64,000 nt of DNA from Mytilus californianus (Eukaryota): positions 54,002,001 through 54,066,000 of the forward strand of contig NW_026262593.1 in assembly GCF_021869535.1 (NCBI RefSeq), read 5' to 3'. Under the pieces are notes generated by a model, which saw only the letters and a list, made by a program, of their open reading frames with translations, did no database searches and was not told the DNA's origin. Numbering within the stretch: position 1 is the stretch's first letter; each line of letters opens with the position of its first letter. This document shows positions 49,991-61,400 of this stretch, one piece after another. Both the position numbers and the translations under genes were made by a program.

Positions 49991-50619
49991 TCCATTAGAA
50001 GATTGTAACACCAATAATTCCAAGCAAATTAGCTTTGCTTCATATTGATAAAAAAAAATGAAAAAATATTGTACCTATAAACTATAAAGCTCTTCAGAAA
50101 CACTATTATTCAGAGAGTACAGCATAGTCGAAATAATGGAACAATCCTCCGAAATCTTGTCTTTTTTTTCGCAAATGAGTCTGTTCATTGTTAAGAGAAC
50201 TTTCAAAATAAAAAAATCTCTTTGTGTGAATACAAAACTTTATAAATCATGTCCGTTCCGGTGCAAAAATGAAAGAAACAAGATTTTACAATCTTTCATC
50301 TGTTTCAAGAATAAGTAATTTCGATTTTTTTTTTTACATAAATTTGCGGTGTATTTGCATTACAGATTTGCATTGAATAAGGTCCGTTTGATTAAGGAGA
50401 AACAAATCAAAGTAACAAACAAAAAGGGAGAAACTCGATTGAACTCCAAAAGAAGGTGGACCGGTGCGTCGACAGGAAACGCGTTTCCTGCTTTACAGGA
50501 TCCCCTGCCCTGCGAATCCACACTGTGTAAAAATATCATTATCGGGAATAGGACACAATCGAGAAAGTTACAGATCAGATGACTTTACTCGACCGCAAAA
50601 ACAAGTTGTTGGTGAGATG

Positions 50620-50975
50620 AGACACTGACACGTACGTACTGGTGACCATTAAACTTATTTAGGGTAGATTTCAATTTTTCTTCCACATAACTCTGTTGCT
50701 GTAGTTTAATGTAAGAAGCACTTCTCCGTTAACGAAGTTCGTATAGTGTAAACATGCACGCGCGTAACGTATTAACTGAGATTGTATGTAAATGCCATAA
50801 GACTGATCATAGTGTATGTAACTCCCGCGTAATGTGAAGTTGACAATGGTAAAGTAGAGATCATTACGTTTGTCATAGATTCTAGTTTGCAGACGTCCAT
50901 TTGTGTCAATATCGAGAAAATGATCAAGATATGAAGCAGGCATACTACTTTCGGTAGTATCCTGATCTTAACAGT
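50620..50975 (-). mobile_element. PLE-type RT C-terminal fragment
   Basis: DTTESSMPASYLDHFLDIDTNGRLQTRIYDKRNDLYFTIVNF...YGIYIQSQLIRYARAC. Confidence 0.75.
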
Positions 50976-51270
50976 GATGTTTCTATAATTAAAATAGTTA
51001 CAAAAATTAGATTTGAAATAAGGGAGGAAAAAATGTGTATTTTTTTCTTTCACTTTTTATTATGATTAACAAAACTGCATAAGATCTTCAACAATATTTT
51101 CATTTGATTCTTAAATTCAGTGCTTCTTTATAACAGTGCCTCTCGTTAAACTGCCAAACTTTTATATCGGCACTTTATACGCCCAGTCCCACTTTACGTA
51201 TATTACAACTCTCTCGCATATCGCCTTCTGTAAAATAAACTCATCATAGATACCAAGATTATAATTTGGT

Positions 51271-51314
51271 ACGCAAGACTCGAGTTTTGTCTACAAAAGA
51301 CTAATCAGTGACGC
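51271..51314 (-). ncRNA. Degenerate hammerhead ribozyme (family B), predicted inactive
   Basis: The core reads CTGATTA and AAAA instead of CTGANGA and GAAA; stems I and II are retained. Confidence 0.55.
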
Positions 51315-51434
51315 TCGAATCAAAATATTTAAAAGGCCAAATAAAGTATGAAGTTGAAGACCATTGAGGACTTGATATTCCAAAAAGGATTTGCCCAATG
51401 CAGCTGAGGTAAAATATTGTATTAATTCTACTTT

Positions 51435-51526
51435 GGCTAGAGGTATAGGGGAAGGGTTGAGATCTCACAAAACATGTTTAACCCCGCCGAATTTTTGCGC
51501 CTGTCCCAAGTCAGGAGCCTCTGGCC
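51435..51526 (+). ncRNA. Type-P5 twister ribozyme, family C, catalytic G apparently mutated
   Basis: All helices match 6243-6333 with a perfect P4 (CCTG/CAGG), but GGGGGAGGG reads GGGGAAGGG (A51452). Confidence 0.62.
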
Positions 51527-52537
51527 TTTGTAAGTCTTGTATGTTTTTTTAAATTTTAGTTCCTTTATATGTTTTGGAGTTTAGTGTGACGTCCATTTTC
51601 ACTGAACTAGTACACAATTTTATTTAGGGGCCAGCTGAGAACCACCTCCGGGTGCGGGATTTTCTCGCTGCGTTGAAGACCCATTGGTGGCCTTCCGCTA
51701 TTATCTGCTATTTGGTCGGGTTGTTATCTCTTTGACATATTTCCCATTTCCATTCTCAATTTTATATATGAAATAATGTGACAAAATCAATAAAATGTTC
51801 CCTCTAGTTAATGCCAAATAACTTGATTGCTTTTTCAAATAAATGAACGATTGGAAAATCAATAGTTAACGAGAAACGTCATGGTTTGTATCTCTGATGT
51901 GTTTTGTCATCTTTTATTTTGACTTAATCCGATCTTGACAGTTTACTTCCACTGTCTTTAATTAAATAAATCTACCAAAGAATATTGATGAATCCATAAT
52001 ATTTGACCGAATTTTTCTGTCGTTATATAGCATATATTTCCTTATCTTCAATTTTTTGCTTCTTTTTTTATGCTTTTTTCTATTTTATTTGTTTCTTTGC
52101 CCAGGATGATAAACTTATTAAGAAATTTCAGGTAATTGTTGGAAAGGTACCCTGTCCGTCATAGAGAGTCTTATATATTCTTTATCGTTACAACATCATA
52201 TCCTTGATAAAATGAGTGGAGTATAAATTTTCTTCCTATATTCACCAAATTTGAATGATGCTGAATTTCTGAATCTCCAGCATATGGATAATATATCTCT
52301 CAGTTGATACAACATTCCAGAGCTTGCGTTTCCTATCATGATTTCTTTGCTAGAGGGGTGCTGCTTACAAGGAAGATATTGGACCAGGGTTTCAAATGCT
52401 GACGTTAAAGTGATTCTGTCATATTTAGCAGGAAAAAGTAAAATCACAAAGATACTATCTCCGAGGAAAATTCAATCGGAAAGTCACTAATCACATGGCA
52501 AAATCAAAAGTCAAAACACATCAAACGAATGGACAAC

Positions 52538-52637
52538 AACTGTCATATTCCTGACTTGGTACAGGCATTTTCAAATGTAGAAAATGGTTGATTGAACCTG
52601 GTTTTATAGCGCTAAACCTCTCACTTGTACGACAGTC
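52538..52637 (-). ncRNA. Type-P5 twister ribozyme, family A, intact
   Basis: Same as 53509-53608 except at the unpaired nucleotide between P2 and T2 and in the P3 loop. Predicted cleavage C52594/A52593. Confidence 0.75.
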
Positions 52638-53508
52638 TCATCAAATTCCGTTATATTTACAACGATGCGTGAACAAAACAGACATAATAAATAAAATAGT
52701 CAAAATATGGGTACAGCAGTCAGCAGTCATGATAAACTTGAAACTTAGTCAAAATATTTAAAGAAAAATTGTTTTGTCATATTCATATAAACGTAGGCCG
52801 AATTTTTTTTTTATTGTCAAGAAGCAATATAAATTTTTTATGATATTTTATATAATGACAAGAAATTATCTTTATATTAATTATCAGTTAACCGATTCAC
52901 AATACTTTTATAAATTGATAGTAAAATTTTGTTTCGAATAGTTTTTTCATCATTGCTTATGCCAATTTTGATCAATTTTTTTAAAGGTTTAATATCACAA
53001 TATTATAACCTTTGAAATTAACTTCTATTGTTCCATAAAAGCTATAAAAACGTACGTCTGTTTTCGTTTCATTAGGGAACAATAAAAAAAACTGCAAATA
53101 GATACTTCTACTTTTGATCGACTTGTCCTTACAGATTGTCGAAAAATCTATTAAATATCGCTTCGAATTTCCAAACTTATCATTGTTTCACTTTGATATA
53201 CTGATACTGGTTGATTATTCCATGTACCTGTTTCTAGTAAGGAGCCTCGACAGTTGTTGTATCTACTAACATTGAAAACTTTTAGGGAGTTAAAGGCAGC
53301 TCTTTGATTTTTGCTGTTGAATGTATAGTGATTTAGGATGACTTGGTGCTTTGTTTTTAATTTGATAGATGCTTTTGTGCTTTTTTGTAAATGATTGTTT
53401 GTTTTAAGATTGTAACACAGTGAAGACTGCTGTACCCATATTTTGACTATTTTATTTATTATGCCTGTTTTGTTCACGCATCGTTGTAAACATAACGGAA
53501 TTTGATGA

Positions 53509-53608
53509 GACTGTCGTACAAGTGAGAGGTTTAGCGCTATAAAACCAGGTTCAATCCACCATTTTCTATATTTGAAAATGCCTGTACCAAGTCAGGAATA
53601 TGACAGTT
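53509..53608 (+). ncRNA. Type-P5 twister ribozyme, family A, intact (best copy)
   Basis: P5 GACTGTCGTA/TATGACAGTT; P2 TC/GA; G53526-A53527; T1 ACC/GGT; T2 AC/GT; P3 CATTTTC/GAAAATG; P4 CCTG/CAGG; L4 T-ACC-AA-GT. Predicted cleavage C53552/A53553. Confidence 0.78.
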
Positions 53609-55725
53609 GTCCATTCGATTGATGTGTTTTGTCATTTGATTTTGCCATGTGATTAGGGACTTTTCGATTGAATTTTCCTCGGATTTTACTTTTTAAAAGA
53701 TTTTTTTTTATTGAAAACCATTAAACTACCTCTTTGTGTCGTTTGGTGACTTCGTGTTGTTGGGAGGTGTATTAGCTTCTTTTATTTAGATATTAAGGTC
53801 AACAATGACTTTTTGGAAAGGTAAATTTGTTTGACACGTTCGTTGTAGAAATTATCTTCTTCAGGCTTGCATTTTCCGAAATACTGTCATGAACAAGATT
53901 TATCTGTTTTTAATTAAAATTTCAATATATATTTGAGATCCAAATGCAATGGTCTATCTCCCAATCCAACTATAACACGAGATTTCTATCAAACAAAATT
54001 TTTTACTTAACCTTTCAAAGTTAAATTTCTTCGTTATCTGGCTGAACATAAATTACCATCAAGACGTTGACAATCAGCCGCAGGTGATAAAGCGCAAAAA
54101 CGTTTTGAAAAATACTACCAGATAGAGAGTAAAATAGATGTCATTTTGCAAATACCCCGCAAGTGGTTAATAAAAATCAACCAACATCGGAAAAATACAT
54201 CAAACATATATTAGTTGTTAACTAATCAAACTTCATCAAACGTATAAGATGTACTTAAATATTATATACCATATGCCAAACTCTTAATCGGTCAAGTTTA
54301 TACCTATTTTAAATAATAGAATAGGAAGTGGAAACGGGGAATGTGTGAAAGAGACAATAACCAAACCAAAGAACATAAAACGAGATGAACGCCAGACTAA
54401 ACTCCGAAACATAAACATGAACCCAAATTAAAAGAAAAAAACACATAAGACTTACGAAGTCTAGATGTTCATGGCTTGAGACAGGTACAAAAATGCGGCG
54501 GGGTTTAACTAGAGATTACCAAAGATCTGCCGTGAGGAAACATTCTTCAACTTACACAAAGGATGTTCGCTCTTCTTGTTTTTGAATTTTTTGCCAGATA
54601 TTCGGAATCCTCTGGTTTTATCCATGTAATGCCATTAAAAATTATTTGCCCACAAACCCCTACTTTTCTCTCCATAATATGATTACATATAGTTTAAAAT
54701 GTCATCTTTGAAAATCTTATGAAATCCTTGTTATTTTTTATTGTTTTTGAAAAAAACTGGTTCTAATGTTAAATTATTGAAAAATCTAGAGAGAATTATT
54801 TCCCGGCAAATTTTCAATGACTTATATCTATGAGGAACTTTTTTATTCCTTATGCCTCCATTTTTTATCTATTATGTTTTCCCTTTTGAGATGTTTATTC
54901 AACATTTGATACGATATTCATAAATGTATCATTCAATTTACTAGGATACGGGATAATGTAAAGATATACCCATGAAACTTTTATCGTCTTCCATTGATTT
55001 CTGGTTTATTCATAGTCTTTACAGTCTTGCATACTTGATCAAATTAGTTGTTTGATTATCTCTTTTTTGTATTTAGTGTCATGGCAGTTGGTATAGGAAT
55101 GCTTGATTAAACGTTTAGTCCATTACATTAATGAACCTCCTTGATAAAAGATGTTATGTCGTTTGATGTTTTATTCTCCGTTGTTAGTTGAAACGTTGAA
55201 ATGTTTTGTAATACAATACGATCTTGTGATTTTTTGCGTAACAAAAAGTTCAAAGGACATTATGATCAATCATTAGATCTGGTAATGACTTTTACTCAAG
55301 CGATGTAATTTCAACTATTACAAAAAAATCTTTGATTAATACAAGTGATGTTTTATGGTTATTAATCGTTGCGTATGAGAATTAAAAAAAAATATAAACA
55401 CTTACATGTATGACATGTATGACAAAGGAAAATAAAAGATAATTTAAATCAATACTTGTTAAGTAAGATGATCTTTTCTCAAACTTGCATGTGTTGACAT
55501 GAATTATCATAGATTTGGCCATAATTATAAATCGACTGTTTACAAAACTTTGAAGTTTTCGAAATACTAACGATTCCCCCCCCCTCCCCCTCCCCCCCCC
55601 CCCCCCTTTGCAATATACATGAAATATAACCTTAGATGTATTTGACAAAATCTGTCGGGATTTTGGTTCATCACTGATCTTTTACCTCGTACTTTATTTG
55701 GCGTTTAAAACTTTTGTTTATTCCA

Positions 55726-55769
55726 GCGTCACTGAAGAGTCTTTTGTATACGAAACGTGCGTCTTGCGT
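55726..55769 (+). ncRNA. Minimal type-I hammerhead ribozyme (family B), partly degenerate
   Basis: GCGTCA-CTGAAGA-GTC...TAC-GAA-ACGTGCGT-C^TTGCGT. The core is complete; there are mismatches in stems I, II and III. Confidence 0.62.
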
Positions 55770-56037
55770 ACAAAATTTTAATCAATTTATCTATGATGAG
55801 TTCTTTTTTTTTTGGACCACAACTAAACAGTCAAATAAGCAAATCAAATGGCTACCTATCTTAACTTCAAAGCAAGTAATATTTAAAACTGTCTATTGAT
55901 GAATTAATAGTTACAGTTTAAGTTTGAATCATTGTAGAAATACTCTATTGTTGATCTAAAGAATAGTACAAATAAGGCATGTTTAAAAAAAGCTTTAACA
56001 TTGTAATCGTTCTTCTTCGAATGACTTAATTCCTATC

Positions 56038-56165
56038 GAAGGTCGGTGGTTTTCTCCGGGCACTCTGGCTTCCTCCACCAATAAAAACCTGGCCGCCACG
56101 AAATAGCTCAAAAGCGGTGCTTAAAAGTGGCGTTAAAACACCAAAAATCAAAATCAAATCAAATC
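56038..56165 (+). mobile_element. SINE 3' portion (V-domain-like) with CAAAT-type tail
   Basis: GGTTTTCTCCGGGCACTCTGGCTTCCTCC resembles the conserved V-SINE domain as recalled; ends in (CAAAAT/CAAAT)n. Confidence 0.55.
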
Positions 56166-56999
56166 GAATGACTTAAAGGAGATGCCAAAGATACGAAAGT
56201 CGAAAACGAACTGACAATGCCAAGGCATAAAACGCAAAACGATCATAAACCAAACAACTGTATACAAAATACAACATGTTTTGATTTAAATTTCTTCACG
56301 GTAAGCAAAAAAGCTTAAGAGGAAGTTCAATCCAATGATTATTGTGTCAACTTGGATATTATATACTTCAAATGCAGGCACATAAAACGTTGCTAGACAG
56401 AAATGGGTTACACACAAATAAAATCATCTATTGCCATAAAAAGTAGTTATCAAATACCCTTCTTGTTTAATTCCAAATTAACAAGCATCTGTAATATCTT
56501 TTATTCCAAGATTTATGAAATAGAACTGATAAATGTAGTCAAAATACTTTGAATTATACTGTTAAAGGACATCATCCTCTAGTATATAGCGAACAGTGAT
56601 GTCAAGGGATAATGCTAGTTTTTTGTTCTATTTTCTTCTTTTTGAGAAGCTCCTGTATGATGTCTGCTAAAACTGAAAAGTCAAATCGGTGAGTAGAGGA
56701 ACACAGTGTGATTCTATTTGAATGCTAACTGCCCGTTGTAAAACACATTCAATGATGCAAACTTAAAATTTTTTTATTGAAAATGGACATAGGTATATGA
56801 TTAATTACTACAGCTCTAGTCTCTCAAAATGGCCAGGGAATTTGTCACAATATCCGCAGAGGGTTAAGAGAGTAGGAAAAGTCAGGAAAAAACATCATGC
56901 ACATAAAATAGAAAATCGACATAAATCCATTGTTTGCTTTGATAAAATACAAAACCATAGAGACCCTGACAATAAGAACGATAGATTGTGTTTTAGATA

Positions 57000-58401
57000 T
57001 GTAGGACTCGGAGGTGTGATGGGGACGCTGAAGTGCGATGGTCTACGCCGAAGTGCAATGCTCCTTTCGCTGAAGTGTGATGCTCCTTTCGCTGAAGTGC
57101 GATGGTTTTGCATGACTTTTGGATATTGTGACGTTTTTATATACAACGTTATTAAACTAAATGGATTCACAGCCAGGAGGATAAGATTTGTAGATGAAGG
57201 ATTCATGCGTACAAAGGAAACAGAATGAACCGAACGATTCAAGTCCCGAACAGTTTTGAGCATTAGAGGTGGAGGTTACAAAAATATGTAAAACTAAGTC
57301 AGACAGCAAACCATGGGGAACAAGGCGGCTAAAAGATAATCTTGGTCTGCAGATGGACTAACCAGTGTTCGGAAACATGTATAATGTATGCCGCAAACGT
57401 TTTGTACGACAAATACAATGTCTTGATCCTAATATTAATTTGTCTTCTCTTCAAGTATACATCACATGATTTTGTGTGGACAACTTAATAATAAATTTAA
57501 ATTAATTATTAGCAATGTTTTCGTAATATCAAGTAGCGGTAATTTTGTTTTATTCTTGAGATGAATCCTGCTTTGTAAAAAAAAAAGCAATCTTAGTAAT
57601 TTCATTGTGTTTACAGTATTAATCTTCTGTAATGGGTTAGGCCAAAATAAACCCGAATGGTCCCAACTTGGTGTACTTTTCAATTGCTGCTGCTCAACGG
57701 AGAAGCAGCTAATTCTCAAGCTTTTGACAGAACATGCATCACGTCTCATATGAGTCAAGCATAAATGTACTTGGTTGCTTTTATTTCTTAAAAACTGTTG
57801 ATATCATATAAATGGATGAATGAGTGTTTTGAGCAATTTCTTAGCTATGACATGACAAGAACAAGTTACTAGTATAATTGATAAAATTAGATGGATCCTA
57901 CTTAGTTTGTACTATAGACCGCCGCGCTGAACCCGTTTTTTTATCGCACTTGAACACTCAATATAAAGACATGTCCTCCCAACTCGAATCTATTATTCTT
58001 AATCTGAGCCATCCAGTCTATTTGTCAGTCCAGTATCGGACTCCATACTGTTGTGTGTAAAGCGAATAATTAGGAAATTAAAATTTAAAGTTCTTGGTTT
58101 GACCCGACCAGAAATAAAACCCGATCTTCCAAATGCGAGGCTAGCACGCTAACCACTACACCGCCACATTAAACGGGGTTTTAACTTCAGACCATCACAT
58201 TTAGCTAGTATACACAACGTCACAGTTAGACCATCGCACTTCAGCGAACCCACCAACGCACTTCGGCGTATCTAACAACAAGTTAGCGTCACAATGTCAC
58301 CATCGCACTTCAGCGTGGTAACCAACGCACTTCAGCGTGGACTAGCACACTTCAGCGTGACTATCGCGGTTCTGAGTACCATCGCGGTTCAGAGTCCTAC
58401 A
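57000..58401. mobile_element. Non-autonomous DNA transposon with TGT...ACA ends (Ginger-like) and subterminal repeat arrays
   Basis: Perfect 10-bp TIR TGTAGGACTC/GAGTCCTACA; GATA on both flanks (56996-56999, 58402-58405); inverted arrays of CGCTGAAGTGCGATGG at 57026-57103 and 58231-58390; no transposase ORF. Confidence 0.75.
58089..58168 (-). mobile_element. tRNA-derived SINE head fragment nested in the Ginger-like element
   Basis: Minus strand GGCGGTGTAGTGGTTAGCGTGCTAGCCTCG...GGTCGGGTCAAACC: A-box-like start with a degenerate B-box region. Confidence 0.5.
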
Positions 58402-61400
58402 GATATAAACGATCTACAAAGTGTACTAAGACGCTTAGTCTTAAACATTTCTTTAAGTTCTGTTTAGAATATAATATGTGTACATGTCAAAGGCGTCATG
58501 CACAACTTAGTAAAGGGCAACTAAAGTTAAAAATCATTTTTAATTAATATATGATTGGCTTTCAAGGGAAACTCGTATACCTGACAATGCATTAAATGAA
58601 ATAAGAGTTAGTGCATTTCACTATATAATCAAGGTGATAAAAACATAATTAGTTTTATGAAAAGTTTTCTTTAAGAAACAACGACAGAACAATTTTCTGT
58701 AGGCTAATAAGCTTGAAACTATATACAATGGTGGAAAATGTATTAAATGCCAAACTTCCTTTTTTATTCAGAGAAGTTTCATTATATTATATTTTGAATA
58801 GAGTTTTTCTTTCTCCTTCCTTATGATCTAAAATGATATTCATGTTGCACCATTGATGTCGTACCGACAATAGTAAGTCAATGTCACATTTAAGTAATAA
58901 CAATTACTTGCTGGCAAATAAAGATTAAACGCTCGAAATTGATGTTGGGCGAGTCGGATCTTGATTAAATATTGAAATGTACGTTAAAACAAATTAGGGA
59001 TTTGAGGGTCGCAAAGCAGTTTTGCATCGATCCTCAACAATTAGCAATACTAAAACCGTTTAGGTAAGTCAGAGCCCGGCATGAAAAATGGTCAACATAT
59101 GCACAATAGAAAACCAACATTATAATGTACGATTAAAACGATTAAAACAATAAACGAAAAAAACATTGATGGCAGACAGAAACCATCGACATCCAATTGA
59201 TAACGAGCGCCTGAATTAGGACAGGCACATATATAATGGAATACAGGAACAGGCCAGACTTTTAATCTAAATATTTGTATCTATAACACAATTTTGTAAG
59301 GATTTAAATAAGTTGTTAAAATGAATTTTTTGACTAAATAAATCAACAGTTATACCTCAATTACATTCATTGAAATCTAAAACGTCACTACAGACACTAA
59401 CAAAGCGAACAAGTTTAGAAATATACTAATCGTTCGAAGAATGAAAATGGACCTCATGGAAGATTTCAGGGTAAGCACTTATGAATTAGAATTTAATCCC
59501 ATCCCTTCAGAAAGTTGACAATATTTATATTAAGAGATACAAGGTTTCATAAAAAGTAGTATTGGTTAATAGTAGAATCAAGATCATCTTCTAAATTTTA
59601 GGTCCGGAAACCATTATATTTTTACTCTACATCACGGTCCGAAGTTATTAGTTTCTTACGATATTCACGCCATATTGGAATTATTACGTAACAAATATCG
59701 GTTCACATTGGTTGCATTATTTTTTTTTTAAAAGAATCTAATGGCTAGATTGGGATATAACATTGGGAATATGTCCCGGACAAGAGAAGATATCAAATAC
59801 GGACAAATTTCAGTATGGGTATTGAAGATCCGTTATGAATAATTTTGTCTTTACTTGTTTATCTTTCTATATAATGTCGCGTCAAATGCATATCAATAAT
59901 AAGCCCACCAGTAAATTTAGATTAATTGGTAATGTTGAAGTGATACGGATAAATGAATGCTCAATTTGTATTTGCTTCGCACCACTGTGCCAAGCTTTAA
60001 GTTTCAATCAATATTCACGCTATCTTGAAATTATTACTTAACAGATATCGGTTCTGATTGGCTGGATCATGATTTGGCTACGGTGCTTTTTGATACATTG
60101 AAATATAGAATTGGGAACATGTACCAGACAGGCGGAAATATCAACTGCGACAGATAAGGAATATAATTACAGTACGTTTATAAAGTCCCGATCAACAATT
60201 TTTTCTAATTTATGAAAGTGGGAAGCACTCCATACCTTTTTAGAAAGATTACACTTGACACATTAAGTTACTTGAAGCACGGCCGATTCTTTGAGGCCAA
60301 TGACCAAAATATATTTTGGGACTTGGACCCGGAAACAAATAATTTTGAAGAGAAACTAGATTCGGACAAACTTAGATGTTGTATTTTGTGATGTTATCAG
60401 TTACTCAGTTTTGTTTGCATTTTTTTTACCGTTTATAAAACTGCCCCTTGGTATTTTATGATTTTCTACAAGGTCCAACAAATTACTCGTTTAACACCTC
60501 CGGAGATATCAGGGTAAATCTCAGTTATCATGTTTAACTGTGTTGATAACTGGCAGGAGAAAATATAAACCAAGTACAGACAGTTTACTTTATCATGAAG
60601 TACATTTCAACAAAGACTATTGATAATATAAATTTAATATATACATGATTGTATTAAATTTCGTAAAAATGAAGTCCAACATGTTAATACTTATTACGCT
60701 ATGCACATAGTTGTAATTTCCACCCTCTTTAATAAGTATAAGATAACTTCATTCAGAATCACTTAAGAAAAAAAATTATCAGTCATATATATTAAAACAC
60801 ATATACAAGTATGATTCTTTAAAAAAACGTTGACTTGATGACATCCAATAATAATAATAATTAGAAGAAAACTCCCTATCGTAATCCGAATTCCATTCAT
60901 AATTTATATTCAACTGGAAACTTCCGGTTTATATTTCTTTTTGTCATAATAATTTTCTGTTGAACTAAGATTTTAAATCATTACGGTTTTTAACTGTTGC
61001 ATTCTACAAATGATTCTTAACTATTCTATTAAAAAAGGTACGAACTGTCCTGTGTCCATACATCAATAATAAAAAGAGTTCACGTGGAAAAACTTACGGA
61101 CTTTCATTGACGGTAATTCTCATAAAATTTAATTCGTCGACATCAATATTATATTTTATTTTTAAATTGATTAATAATTTTATGGAAATTTCCTCTGTTA
61201 TAAAATATCCATAATCAGCCTAGGAACGCAGACTAAGGAAGTCCTGTTTTATTACATTTTGCATTTTGTCCATGGGAACAAATGGCATATTTCAATTATA
61301 ACAAATTTCAAAAAATTACAATTCAAATTATACTCCAATATTTCACACTTTTCAAACACACTTGACATAGACAGATTATTCATTTATCCAATTTAAATAC

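Larger units (their letters stand above)
52461..53682. repeat. Inverted pair of near-identical family A copies
   Basis: Arms 52461-52721 and 53425-53682 share the diagnostic variants CTGTCGTACA and TAGCGCTA; spacer 703 bp. Confidence 0.9.

Noticed and set aside
55576-55606. Poly-C run as a functional G-quadruplex (minus strand)
   Set aside because: A simple low-complexity run with no supporting context, and homopolymer length is unreliable in assemblies.
56797-57263. 143-aa and 122-aa overlapping ORFs
   Set aside because: They cross the left boundary of the Ginger-like element and its repeat array, and show no domain motifs.
58089-58168. tRNA gene
   Set aside because: Only an A-box-like 5' part is present; no complete cloverleaf or intact T-arm, consistent with a SINE head.
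57026-58390. CRISPR array
   Set aside because: Units are 16 bp with spacers mostly of 4-7 nt, occur as two inverted clusters inside TIRs, the context is eukaryotic, and there are no cas genes.
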